Source of the DNA: a virus
Lineage: Duplodnaviria; Caudoviricetes
IMG/VR virus record: IMGVR_UViG_2930369814_000001
Location: 1 to 64,000 of that record
Length of the DNA stretch: 64,000 bases
Reading direction: 5' to 3' (one strand)
Part shown: positions 47,757 to 56,248 of the stretch, one piece after another
Layout: the number at the start of each line of letters is the position of its first letter
How positions within the stretch are numbered: position 1 is the first letter of the stretch
Program-made: the position numbers and the translations under genes
The notes under the pieces: generated by a model
Seen by the model: the letters and a program-made list of their open reading frames with translations, nothing else
Database searches by the model: none
What the model was told of the DNA's origin: nothing

Positions 47757-48050
47757 TCACGACGGCTCCTTCCTGGTCACCCAGCGCTGCCATGCGGCGA
47801 GCCCGGCGATGGCGGCCTTCTCGCGGGTAAGTTCGGGGCGGTTGAGTGTCCGGGCGCCGTCGGCCAGCCACCACGTCCACCCGTTACGCCCGGTGCGGGA
47901 CACGCCGCCGTAGGAGGGCTCGATAACGAGCAGTCGACGGTCACCCGAGACGACGTACCAGCGGCGCGTCTCGGACCAGGTAGGAGCCTTCACAATCTCG
48001 GCGGCCTCGACGATGGCGCGGGCTGCTGTCGCGGACAGGCGGCGGGGCAT
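47757..48050 (-). CDS. hypothetical protein
   Basis: Coupled ORF. Confidence 0.6.
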   Translation of the reverse strand: MPRRLSATAARAIVEAAEIVKAPTWSETRRWYVVSGDRRLLVIEPSYGGVSRTGRNGWTWWLADGARTLNRPELTREKAAIAGLAAWQRWVTRKEPS

Positions 48051-48367
48051 CAGTCGTCGTCCTGCACGTAGGCGTTGACGGCCTTGTCCCGGGCTGCCCT
48101 GTCACGGAAGCCCTCCACCCTCACGTCACCTTCGGTGTACAGGGCGAGGCCATACAGGCTGCGCTCGTCGTCGTTGAAGTGGGCAACGACCTGGTAGGGC
48201 CAGTCTCCGAGGAGACGCCCGTCGGCCTTTCCAGCGACCTCATGCCAGCCCGTGCCCTCGCTGCGCATGCGCTCGATCCAGTCGTAGCCGCTGTCGCACG
48301 TCTCGGTGTCGGGCAGTTCGGGCAGCAGGTCGACGGCTACGGCTTCGTACATCTCCTCGGGGGTCAC
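48050..48367 (-). CDS. hypothetical protein
   Basis: LGDWPY...LYTEGDV. Confidence 0.65.
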   Translation of the reverse strand: MTPEEMYEAVAVDLLPELPDTETCDSGYDWIERMRSEGTGWHEVAGKADGRLLGDWPYQVVAHFNDDERSLYGLALYTEGDVRVEGFRDRAARDKAVNAYVQDDD

Positions 48368-48543
48368 TGGATTGCCTCCCGGGCGTCGGCGGCGGCGCGT
48401 GCGTTGTCGGCGGCGTAGCGGCGGTGGGCGGCGGCGGCATTGGGCTGGCCGGCGGTGTCGGCTTCCGTCGCGGCTTCCAGGCGCAGGGCGGCGGCCTTCT
48501 CATACATGGCGATCATCTGCTGACGGTCGGCGTGGTTAAGCAT
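48364..48543 (-). CDS. small Ala-rich protein
   Basis: ATG after GATAGGAG; GTGA overlap downstream. Confidence 0.5.
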   Translation of the reverse strand: MLNHADRQQMIAMYEKAAALRLEAATEADTAGQPNAAAAHRRYAADNARAAADAREAIQ

Positions 48544-48613
48544 TGATGGCTCCTATCGGATCAGGGTTGGGATGTCGGCCCACCGCACGGTGAGCCCCGG
48601 CCGCGGGTGCAGG

Positions 48614-48964
48614 TCAGAAGAACTCACCGTCGTACAGCTCGTAGCCCTCGGCGTCGACGATCTCGCCCGGTCGGGTGGCGCCGCGGATGCCGAATCGGGC
48701 CTTACGCGGCCAGCCGCGCGCATCGGTGCGCTCGACGATGGTCATGCCCATCTCCTGTGCGCTGACCTCGTAGCCAGACTCGGCGCGGATCGTGACGTCG
48801 AGCCGGAACAGGAGCTCCTTCCAGGCCGCGAAGCTGGTCAGGCCCAGGTCGGGGTGAGCCCGCAGCAGGAAGCGGTGCACCGAGGCGCGCTGGCCGATGT
48901 GAATGCCCTCTCCACTCGCCTCCCCACCGGGAAAGGGGCCGAAGGCGTAGTAGTTGGTGGACAT
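48614..48964 (-). CDS. hypothetical protein
   Basis: MSTNYY...IHIG...DAEGY...GEFF. Confidence 0.65.
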   Translation of the reverse strand: MSTNYYAFGPFPGGEASGEGIHIGQRASVHRFLLRAHPDLGLTSFAAWKELLFRLDVTIRAESGYEVSAQEMGMTIVERTDARGWPRKARFGIRGATRPGEIVDAEGYELYDGEFF

Positions 48965-48974
48965 GTGATCTCTC

Positions 48975-49250
48975 CTATCGATGGAGGTCGGGCAGGTTGC
49001 GCCAGCGGACGACGAGCCCGGGGTTGTGTGCGGCGAGGGTCTTGTTGGCGACCCGGAGTCGGGCTTCGAGGAGCTGCCGGGCTTCGGCGTACTGGGGGCC
49101 GCGGCAGGCGGCGTACAGGCGGGCCGCCTCCGCAGCATCCGCCACCGCCGCTTGGACCCGGGCCGGAAGCTGGCGGCCAGCGAGCAGGGCCACCGCGTCC
49201 GGTACCGGAACCTCGACCTGCACCCTTGCGATCACCTCAACCACCTCCAT
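48975..49250 (-). CDS. hypothetical protein
   Basis: First gene of the leftward unit. Confidence 0.55.
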   Translation of the reverse strand: MEVVEVIARVQVEVPVPDAVALLAGRQLPARVQAAVADAAEAARLYAACRGPQYAEARQLLEARLRVANKTLAAHNPGLVVRWRNLPDLHR

Positions 49251-49252
49251 GC

Positions 49253-49332
49253 TGTCTATTTTCTAGACAACAGCATGACAGCGAACGGCGCCACCGTCTA
49301 CGACTTAGACAGAAGTCGTCTAGGAAACAGAC
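49253..49332. promoter_or_regulatory. three GTCTA-N5-TAGAC operators
   Basis: Copies at 49253-49269, 49296-49310 and 49318-49332 (last with one mismatch). Confidence 0.75.
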
Positions 49333-49356
49333 AGCAGCCGTGAGACCATCCACCAC

Positions 49357-49587
49357 ATGACCGATTGGGAGAAGCAGCTCGGCAAGCGGGCAGCAGCAGT
49401 TGAGCGCGCCAAAGCCGCACTCAACGCCGACATTGCAGCAGCACGCCTCGACGGTCACTCATTCCGCGAAATCGGCGGCTGGGCAGACGTCAACCACGAA
49501 CGGGCCCGCACCATCTGCATCCGCATCAACGGCGACTCCCGCACGCGCGAAGAGCAGGGCCCAGCAGCAACCGAGGAACCCCAGTGA
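49357..49587 (+). CDS. small HTH repressor
   Basis: GHSFREIGGWADVNHERARTI. Confidence 0.7.
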   Translation: MTDWEKQLGKRAAAVERAKAALNADIAAARLDGHSFREIGGWADVNHERARTICIRINGDSRTREEQGPAATEEPQ

Positions 49588-49715
49588 CCGCGATCTACCT
49601 CCCCGACTCCGGCAGCCTCCCGCCATGGGTGGGCATCGTGGTCGCCGTGGTGGTGGTGCCGCTACTCGCCTACCGGGCCTACCGGCTGTGGCGGGCATGG
49701 CGACGACGCCGATAG
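49584..49715 (+). CDS. 43-aa single-TM peptide
   Basis: GTGA overlap; PPWVGIVVAVVVVPLLAYRAYRLWRAWRRRR. Confidence 0.55.
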   Translation: MTAIYLPDSGSLPPWVGIVVAVVVVPLLAYRAYRLWRAWRRRR

Positions 49716-49774
49716 CCGCACGCAATGAAGGCCCCGCACCGGAGCGATCCGGGCGGGGCCTTCATTGCGTGCGG

Positions 49775-50161
49775 CTACGGTCCGGTCGACGCGGCCGCGG
49801 ACTCCATCGCCTCACGTATCGCGTCCTCGAACACCTTCTCCGCCTCCGGGCTATCGAGGTACGCCTCCATGACCTCGCCCGCGATCCGCTCCATCGTCGC
49901 CTTGTCGAGCCCGTAACAGGCGACCGGCGCAGGCAGGGACTCACCGTCGGGGCCATCGGCCGTGGCCTTCGCCATGTTCTCTCGGAGCCCGTCCCGGCAC
50001 GCGGTCTCACTCGCGACCGGCTCACCCCCGTCATCCAGGAGGACGGCGAGGCCACCGCCGACAGCGAACGCCGCGAGGGCGGCGCCAACCGTCCAGGCGG
50101 CGAACCGGCCCCAGCGCGGCCGAGCCGGCGGCGGCGGTGGGTAGGCGGGCGGCTGACTCAT
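49775..50161 (-). CDS. membrane-anchored protein
   Basis: Pro-rich N-terminus, one TM segment, Cys pair. Confidence 0.65.
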   Translation of the reverse strand: MSQPPAYPPPPPARPRWGRFAAWTVGAALAAFAVGGGLAVLLDDGGEPVASETACRDGLRENMAKATADGPDGESLPAPVACYGLDKATMERIAGEVMEAYLDSPEAEKVFEDAIREAMESAAASTGP

Positions 50162-50295
50162 GGTTCCCCCAGGGGCTTGGCGCGTGGATGAATGATGGCC
50201 GCTTGTGGAGGCGGCGCGAAGGCGGAGTCACTGTTCCGTAACCCGAATCGGCGGAACCACCGTCGCCGGACTGACGGGCGGGGCAGACTGCTGCC

Positions 50296-50487
50296 ATGGC
50301 GATCCGGGTGAGCGTCCAGGCCGACAACGAGGACGAGTGCGTCGAAGGCCTCGCCCGCCTGGTCGACGCCGGGTTCCAGCCGGTGATGATGCCCCGGTAC
50401 ATGACGGACGGCCGATGGATGGCGCGCGCAGTACCCACGGCGAAGGCCCCGGCCACTGACGACCGGGGCCCTGCCGTAGCCGGTTGA
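50296..50487 (+). CDS. hypothetical protein
   Basis: 63-aa ORF; ends across a hairpin. Confidence 0.55.
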   Translation: MAIRVSVQADNEDECVEGLARLVDAGFQPVMMPRYMTDGRWMARAVPTAKAPATDDRGPAVAG

Positions 50488-50829
50488 TCAGGCGACCATG
50501 TCCCGGTATTCGTCGGCCATCTCCGGCACGATCTTCAGCAGGACAGCGGCGCGACGTAGCAGCCTGCCCTTTGCCCCGCGGTCGGTCTCGGCCGCGCCTT
50601 CGAGGAGCAGAGTGCTGGCGGCCTCCAGGTCGTCGGATCCGGTGATGCCCGACTTGTCGCAGCGGTCGCCAGCGTAGGCCAGCTGCCGGGTGAAGTCGGC
50701 GAGGCCGATGGCCGGGGTGGGCTCGTCGGCGATGTAGGCGACAGCAGCCGCGTGCTCGCAGATGAGACTGTCGACGGTGATCGTGCTGGTGGGCATCGGC
50801 GTCACCGGCCTGCGTTGTTGACGAGCCAT
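50488..50829 (-). CDS. hypothetical protein
   Basis: Start uncertain. Confidence 0.55.
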   Translation of the reverse strand: MARQQRRPVTPMPTSTITVDSLICEHAAAVAYIADEPTPAIGLADFTRQLAYAGDRCDKSGITGSDDLEAASTLLLEGAAETDRGAKGRLLRRAAVLLKIVPEMADEYRDMVA

Positions 50830-51014
50830 TGCCCGTACCGGCGGTCGGCCTCGGCGCTCAGCTCGTGCATGTTGCAGCCGGCGGCCTTGGCCTTGTCGAT
50901 GGCGGGCACGACCTTGCGGTGTGCGGGGTCGTTGGTGCGTCCGGCACGGTCGGCTTTCTGCGAGGCGATGATCGCCTGTATCGCGGCCTCACGGGCCTGT
51001 GCGGCGTTCGACAT
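50802..51014 (-). CDS. hypothetical protein
   Basis: RBS AGGAG. Confidence 0.6.
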   Translation of the reverse strand: MSNAAQAREAAIQAIIASQKADRAGRTNDPAHRKVVPAIDKAKAAGCNMHELSAEADRRYGQWLVNNAGR

Positions 51015-51317
51015 GCGGGTCTCCTGGGTGGTGGTCAGCCGCGGCGGGGGTAGCCGTGGCCGGTGGGCGGATAGGTGTGGGGTCGCCTGCGACGCCGAAG
51101 AGGATGACTTCTTCGAAGTCGGGGTCGTGGTATTGGGCGCCCGCCTCCGTCGTCGAAGGCGGCGTCTACCGCGTCGAGGAGGGCGTGGGTGCGGCGCTTG
51201 TCGTCGTCTGCGGTCTCGCGGCGGAAGCTCACGGGCGCTTCCCGATGGCGCTGGGCTGGGACACGGGCTCTCCTATCGGGTGGGCACGTGCTTCTGGTTG
51301 GGGTGTGGGTATGGGGC

Positions 51318-51563
51318 TCAGCACTCGTGGAGCGAGTAGCTGACGAGGACGACATCCTTGGCGGACACCTTGAAATCGTGTGCCGCTCGGGTGCGGAGTT
51401 CTTCGAGCAGGAGCCCCACGGTGGCTCCGCGCGGCGGCACGTAGGCACCGGTGTGCGTCCTGCCTTCGTTGTAGCCGGACTTCGCCGGTCCCTTGATGAA
51501 CGTGGCCGAGTACTGGTATCGCGCCGCGGTGAGCGGCGTGCTGAGGTTGCCGTAGTCGGGCAT
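51318..51563 (-). CDS. hypothetical protein
   Basis: RBS GATAGGAGA. Confidence 0.6.
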   Translation of the reverse strand: MPDYGNLSTPLTAARYQYSATFIKGPAKSGYNEGRTHTGAYVPPRGATVGLLLEELRTRAAHDFKVSAKDVVLVSYSLHEC

Positions 51564-51571
51564 GGGTTCTC

Positions 51572-52081
51572 CTATCGGTGGTTGGTGTGGGCGTGGTGGG
51601 TGGCGCGGTCGAAGGCGGCGAGGACGGGCCCGACGCTGGTCTGCTGGGCGTTCCACGACGGGATCGTCTCGGCGTGGGCGAACTCGCCCTGGATGGCGTC
51701 GAGGAGTGCGACGCACGCGTCGTGGGCGAGGTCCCGGTCGCCGCGAGCTTCGAGCCGGATCGCCCGGATCGGGCAGACAGCGCCCGCCTCGTCGAACACC
51801 GCGTCCCGGCACCAGCCGTCGGTCTCGATCCGCAGCCGCGCCCGGTACAGCAGGTCGGCGAGCGGCGTCCGGTACGGGCTGGGTGCGGCGGCCGGCGCGG
51901 GCAGGGGCGCCTCCACGATGTGCGGGATGGGGTCGGCGCCGGGCAGGTGCGCCGTGTTCACCTCGAACGCGACCGCGGCCTGGTCCAGGCGGACCGTCAT
52001 CGCCGCGTCGACCAGGGCCAGTCGGGCGTCCAGGTCGAGGACGGGCGAGACGGCGGCCCGGGCGCGGAGGGCGGTACTCAT
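51572..52081 (-). CDS. DUF6197-like protein
   Basis: GWC...CPIRAI...IPSWN...VLAAF. Confidence 0.65.
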   Translation of the reverse strand: MSTALRARAAVSPVLDLDARLALVDAAMTVRLDQAAVAFEVNTAHLPGADPIPHIVEAPLPAPAAAPSPYRTPLADLLYRARLRIETDGWCRDAVFDEAGAVCPIRAIRLEARGDRDLAHDACVALLDAIQGEFAHAETIPSWNAQQTSVGPVLAAFDRATHHAHTNHR

Positions 52082-52263
52082 GATCGCGCCTTGCCGTTGT
52101 CGCACTTCTCGGGGCAGCGCACCCGGCGCTGAACACCGCCGAACGCGGTGAACAGGACGCCGTTGCCGGTGCAGCACCAGCACAGGCCGCGGGCTTGGGC
52201 CTGCTCGGGTGAGAGGCTGCCGTTCTGCGCCTCCCACTCCTGGTCGGTCATCTTTCGGGGCAT
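52078..52263 (-). CDS. small Zn-finger protein
   Basis: CWCCTGNG...CPEKCDNG. Confidence 0.6.
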   Translation of the reverse strand: MPRKMTDQEWEAQNGSLSPEQAQARGLCWCCTGNGVLFTAFGGVQRRVRCPEKCDNGKARS

Positions 52264-52355
52264 GATGAAGGTCTCCTCGTCGATCTTCTTGGTGGGCGTG
52301 GGGACCGGGGCGCCCCTGGTCGCTGCCAGGCATTCGAGGGGCGCCCCGGGCGTAG

Positions 52356-52538
52356 CTACAGGTCTTCGCCGAAGCGGACAGTCATCGTGGCTTCGAGGAG
52401 TTCGGCGGCCTCGCTGCCGTCGGTGGTGCGAGTGTCGAAGCGGGCCGTGACCTCACGGATGATCCGGTCGGTGGTCTTGCGGTCGCCGCGCTTCTTCGCT
52501 GCGACATAGTCCTTCACGGACTGGTGGGTGTACTGCAC
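52356..52538 (-). CDS. hypothetical protein
   Basis: RBS GAAGGAG. Confidence 0.6.
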   Translation of the reverse strand: MQYTHQSVKDYVAAKKRGDRKTTDRIIREVTARFDTRTTDGSEAAELLEATMTVRFGEDL

Positions 52539-52689
52539 GGTGATCTCCTTCGGTTGGGATGGGTCAGCAGTCGGGGCAGGCGTCGTCGCCGGTGCACTGG
52601 TCGGCGTGGCGGCAGTCGTCGTTGCAGTACGGCCAGCCGCCCGGGGCGCCGCAGAGGCGGCACTCGTTCTCCATACCGGGACTCCTTGA

Positions 52690-52878
52690 TCAGTCGGTGA
52701 TGTCGAAGACGAGGCCGCTGGGCGCGATGGTGACCGTGGCGCCGCAGTCGCAGGTGTAGTCGCGGTATCCGCGGTCCCGATCCTTGCCGGTCATGTCCTC
52801 GCCGCAGCAGACGGGGATGTCGTCGCGATCGGTGTCGGCGCCGATGCTGAGTTCGTAGCCGTAGCTGGTGGTGGGCAC
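52690..52878 (-). CDS. small Zn-ribbon protein
   Basis: PVCCGEDM...CDCG. Confidence 0.6.
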   Translation of the reverse strand: MPTTSYGYELSIGADTDRDDIPVCCGEDMTGKDRDRGYRDYTCDCGATVTIAPSGLVFDITD

Positions 52879-52902
52879 TGGTTCTCCTTCGGTTGGGGTG
52901 GG

Positions 52903-53316
52903 TCAGACGCGCCAGATGCCGGGGCGCCGCCGGGTGCGCGGGTTCGAGGTCTGCCGGGCCTGCTTCTCCAGGCCGCGCAGCTCGTCCTCATCGAGCAGGC
53001 CCTCGTAGTCGTCGGAGCCGAGGGGGCCGGCGACCTGGGGGGCGCGGTCGCCGATGTAGCGGGCACCCCGGGGTGGCTCGGTGTAGACGGTGCCGCAGTT
53101 GCTCAGCAGGCTGGTCGGCGAGTAGTGGCCGGTGGTCCAGTTGGCGCTGCCCCAGGAGCGGTCGTTGAAGGTGTGCGCGTTGTAGACACGCTCGGATCCG
53201 AGGCCCCAGTCGCGGCCTTCGGCGACCGTGTACACGGTGGTGCCCTTGCCATGCCGGTTCAGGTAGCGGGTGAGGTCCCTGGCGCCCTTCTTCGTGGGCT
53301 CGAACGTCTCAGACAT
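52903..53316 (-). CDS. hypothetical protein
   Basis: RBS GGAG; MSETFEPTKKG... Confidence 0.6.
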   Translation of the reverse strand: MSETFEPTKKGARDLTRYLNRHGKGTTVYTVAEGRDWGLGSERVYNAHTFNDRSWGSANWTTGHYSPTSLLSNCGTVYTEPPRGARYIGDRAPQVAGPLGSDDYEGLLDEDELRGLEKQARQTSNPRTRRRPGIWRV

Positions 53317-53496
53317 GGGTTGATCTCCGTTTCTGGTTTGTGGTGGTTTACACCCAGACTGGTGCACCTTTTGTGCGACTATGGGCGTCGGATGGCGGTC
53401 GGACACGGGGCGGGCCGTCCCTGGGTCCGGCCCGCCCTCCGTCCGCGCAATGACCAGCGGACTAAAGGGGGCGAATCACCCCCATGTCCGGGCTAT

Positions 53497-55692
53497 CTAG
53501 GCGCCTTCGAGGAACTGGAGGGCGTCGGCGATGGGTGCCCGGCGGTAGCCGTTCACCCGGCCGCGCCCCTCGATGACGACCTTCACAGTGGAACCAGCGC
53601 CCGCCGCACGCAGTAGCTCACCCAGTCGGTCCGCAGTCATGGACTCGCCGATGAGCTCGGCCATCTCGTCGAGCTGGGCCACGTCGCGGCCGAGGTCGTT
53701 CATGGCGATCAGGCAGCCCCGGCAGGCGTCCATCTGCATGCGCTGCTCGGGCGTCATCTGCAGGACGTTCCGGCCCGGCACGCCATCCCGCTTGGGTCCG
53801 CCGGCCACCGAGGACAGGCCGGTGGTGTTGAGGAGGTGCTTCTCGATCGGGTCGTCCCACTGCCCTGCCAGTCGTCCCGCGCCCTCGCGGATCTTCGCGG
53901 CCTTCTCCAGCAGCATCGTGATCTCGCCGCGCTCGTCCTCGTCCAGGTCGAACGATCGGGCGAGGTCGGTGACTCCGGCGAAGGGGTTGACGAGCCAGCC
54001 GAAGCCGGGCCGCGGCGGATCGAACTTGGAGGCGTCGCGCCCGGCGCTGGCCTGTCCGCCGCCGAGGATCGCGTTGGACTGGGTGGCGTTCTCCACCCGC
54101 ATCGCCCACCGGGCACCACAGTTCATGGCCAGGGCCTGCGGGATGACGTCCGCCTCCGGGTACTGGGTGATCAGCACCATGAGGATTCCGGCGCCCGCCG
54201 CGACCGCGGACAGTTCGATCAGCGCCTCCAGGATCTCGTCACGCAGCGGCTTCCCGGGCCGCGTGTAGGTGGCCAACTCATCGATGACCAGGAGTTCGAT
54301 GCCGCCGATCTGCTCGATGACGGGTCCGACCAGCTTGGACTTGCCCAGTGCGCCCAGGTCCCGTTCACGGCGATCCTTGTCCGCAAGGAGTGCCTGGAGC
54401 AGGGCCAAGAGCCGTTCGGGGTTGGGCTTGAAGTAGGTGGAGGCGACGCCCGTCTTGGCGTAGGGGTCCCACTCGCCGTTGTTCTTCCCGGCCACGATCC
54501 GCAGGTTGATCCGCGGGTCGAACGAGGTGCCGACGACCAGGTTGGACGCGCCGACGCCCTTGCCGGAGCGGGTCATGCCGGCGATGACGTAGGACTGGTT
54601 GTTGATCGCGAGGCGGATGGTGATGCCGCGCTTGTTCCAGGCGACGGGCACACCGTCCTTGAACGCGTCGAGCTGGGACGGCGCCTTGATCAGCGGGGAG
54701 GGCCGGGTGTCCTCGAACGCGTCCTGGTCGGTGAGCCACAGGGAGGCGCGGGCCTCCGTACCGGCCTTGGTCACGTCGACCATGGACACGTCCCGGCCGA
54801 GCGCCCCGGCGAGCTTGGGCAGCTTCTTCTTCAGCTCGGCGACGGTCGTCCGCGGCGGCAGGTCGAAGACAACGGTGGTGTTGCCGTCCTTCTCCCGCTG
54901 CGGCACGGCCAGGATCTGAATCTTCTCTTCGCCGCGGATCTCGCCGATCGCACGGAGGGCATCCTCCAACTGTTCGACGGTGAGAGCGGGCGGGGGCGGG
55001 GCGTTGAACTCACGCTGCCCCGGCTGGAACTCCTGCTTCGCCAGGTTGACCACCGCGGAGGCCAGCGGCTGCTCCCCCATGTTCGGGGCAGGTGCAGGCT
55101 GGCCTGCGTCGAAAGGGCGGGACACGAGGTACCAGCCGTAGCCGGCGGCGGTGCCCAGGGCAGCGAGGAGCATGGGCTGACCGGTGGCGGCCTGCTCGAT
55201 GGTGGCGCCGAGGAGCGGCATGGCCGCAAGACCTCCCCCGGCGAGGACTGCGGCGCGGCCAGCCTTCTTGCCGCTGCGCGCGGCGTTGACCTCGCGGTCG
55301 GTGGGCGGCAGCACGATCGTGGTTTGCAGCGCCGCCAGCTTGGCTTCCTCTTGGGCGGCGCGCCCGCCGAGGCTGGACAGGGTGCCCGCGCTGACGTTGC
55401 CCTCGTTCTCGGCCTGCATCTTGGCGTGGGCGAGACGCCCGTGGGCTTCGGCGACGATCCGCTGCTGGTGGGCGACCTTCTCGGCGTGCTTGCGCTGCTT
55501 CTTGAGGGTGGCGGCCTGAATGATGTCGACCTGGTCCAGGTCGTTCCCGGCCAGCCAGTCCCGGGTGCGGGCGACGGCGTGCTTCCGCTGCTCGGCGAAC
55601 GCGGCCTTCATCCGGGTGGTACGCGGGACGGTGGGCGGGTCAGTGGGCTTGGGCGGGATCTGCTGCTCGACGGGCTCGATCTCGGTGGCCAC
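53497..55692 (-). CDS. traB: FtsK/SpoIIIE-family conjugative DNA translocase (TraB-like)
   Basis: N-terminal TM pair, Walker A GMTRSGKG, Walker B LLVIDE, TQYP, ILG, C-terminal wHTH-like region. Confidence 0.85.
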   Translation of the reverse strand: MATEIEPVEQQIPPKPTDPPTVPRTTRMKAAFAEQRKHAVARTRDWLAGNDLDQVDIIQAATLKKQRKHAEKVAHQQRIVAEAHGRLAHAKMQAENEGNVSAGTLSSLGGRAAQEEAKLAALQTTIVLPPTDREVNAARSGKKAGRAAVLAGGGLAAMPLLGATIEQAATGQPMLLAALGTAAGYGWYLVSRPFDAGQPAPAPNMGEQPLASAVVNLAKQEFQPGQREFNAPPPPALTVEQLEDALRAIGEIRGEEKIQILAVPQREKDGNTTVVFDLPPRTTVAELKKKLPKLAGALGRDVSMVDVTKAGTEARASLWLTDQDAFEDTRPSPLIKAPSQLDAFKDGVPVAWNKRGITIRLAINNQSYVIAGMTRSGKGVGASNLVVGTSFDPRINLRIVAGKNNGEWDPYAKTGVASTYFKPNPERLLALLQALLADKDRRERDLGALGKSKLVGPVIEQIGGIELLVIDELATYTRPGKPLRDEILEALIELSAVAAGAGILMVLITQYPEADVIPQALAMNCGARWAMRVENATQSNAILGGGQASAGRDASKFDPPRPGFGWLVNPFAGVTDLARSFDLDEDERGEITMLLEKAAKIREGAGRLAGQWDDPIEKHLLNTTGLSSVAGGPKRDGVPGRNVLQMTPEQRMQMDACRGCLIAMNDLGRDVAQLDEMAELIGESMTADRLGELLRAAGAGSTVKVVIEGRGRVNGYRRAPIADALQFLEGA

Positions 55693-55753
55693 AGGGCCTG
55701 TCCTTCCAGATCGGGGGCGGGGCCCCGGTTGGGGCCCCGCGGGGTGGGGTGGC

Positions 55754-56224
55754 TTAGAGGCCGCCGAGGACGCCGCCGAGGGAGCCGACGACGGAGTTGG
55801 TGAGCTGGTCGCCCATCGCGCCGACGACCGTTCCGGCGAGAGCGATGCCGAGGAGGGACACGACGACGGCGTCTCCGGCCTTCATGTGGCCTCCCTTGAC
55901 GCGGAAGAACACGACGGTGCCGAGCAGCAGGATGGCGACGACACCGGCACCGATCGCGCCGCCAGACGCCTGGGTCTGGTACTGCTGCTGCGTCCCGGCC
56001 GGCGCCTGCTGCTGCGGGTTGGTGAGCTGCGCGCCCGTCCCACCGTCGGGGGTCAACCCGTTGGTGATGCCGTCGCTGCTGCCGGGTTCGGTGTCGGTGC
56101 GGGCGATGGCGAGGACGGTCGCCTCCTGCTCGACGGTGGCCGCGTCGGCGGTGGCGGCGGCTCCTCCAAGGAGGGCGACGGTGGCGGTCGTGGAGACGGC
56201 GATCCGGCGAAGCGTGGCGTTCAT
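55754..56224 (-). CDS. secreted/membrane transfer accessory protein
   Basis: Signal peptide plus two TM segments, directly upstream of traB. Confidence 0.65.
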   Translation of the reverse strand: MNATLRRIAVSTTATVALLGGAAATADAATVEQEATVLAIARTDTEPGSSDGITNGLTPDGGTGAQLTNPQQQAPAGTQQQYQTQASGGAIGAGVVAILLLGTVVFFRVKGGHMKAGDAVVVSLLGIALAGTVVGAMGDQLTNSVVGSLGGVLGGL

Positions 56225-56248
56225 AGTTTGATCACTCCAGAGGGTGCG

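Larger units (their letters stand above)
47084..47760. repeat. 44-bp direct repeat
   Basis: 47084-47127 and 47717-47760, 4 mismatches. Confidence 0.85.

Noticed and set aside
46309-47760. Diversity-generating retroelement TR/VR pairs
   Set aside because: No reverse transcriptase in the window; repeats are short and lie at gene junctions
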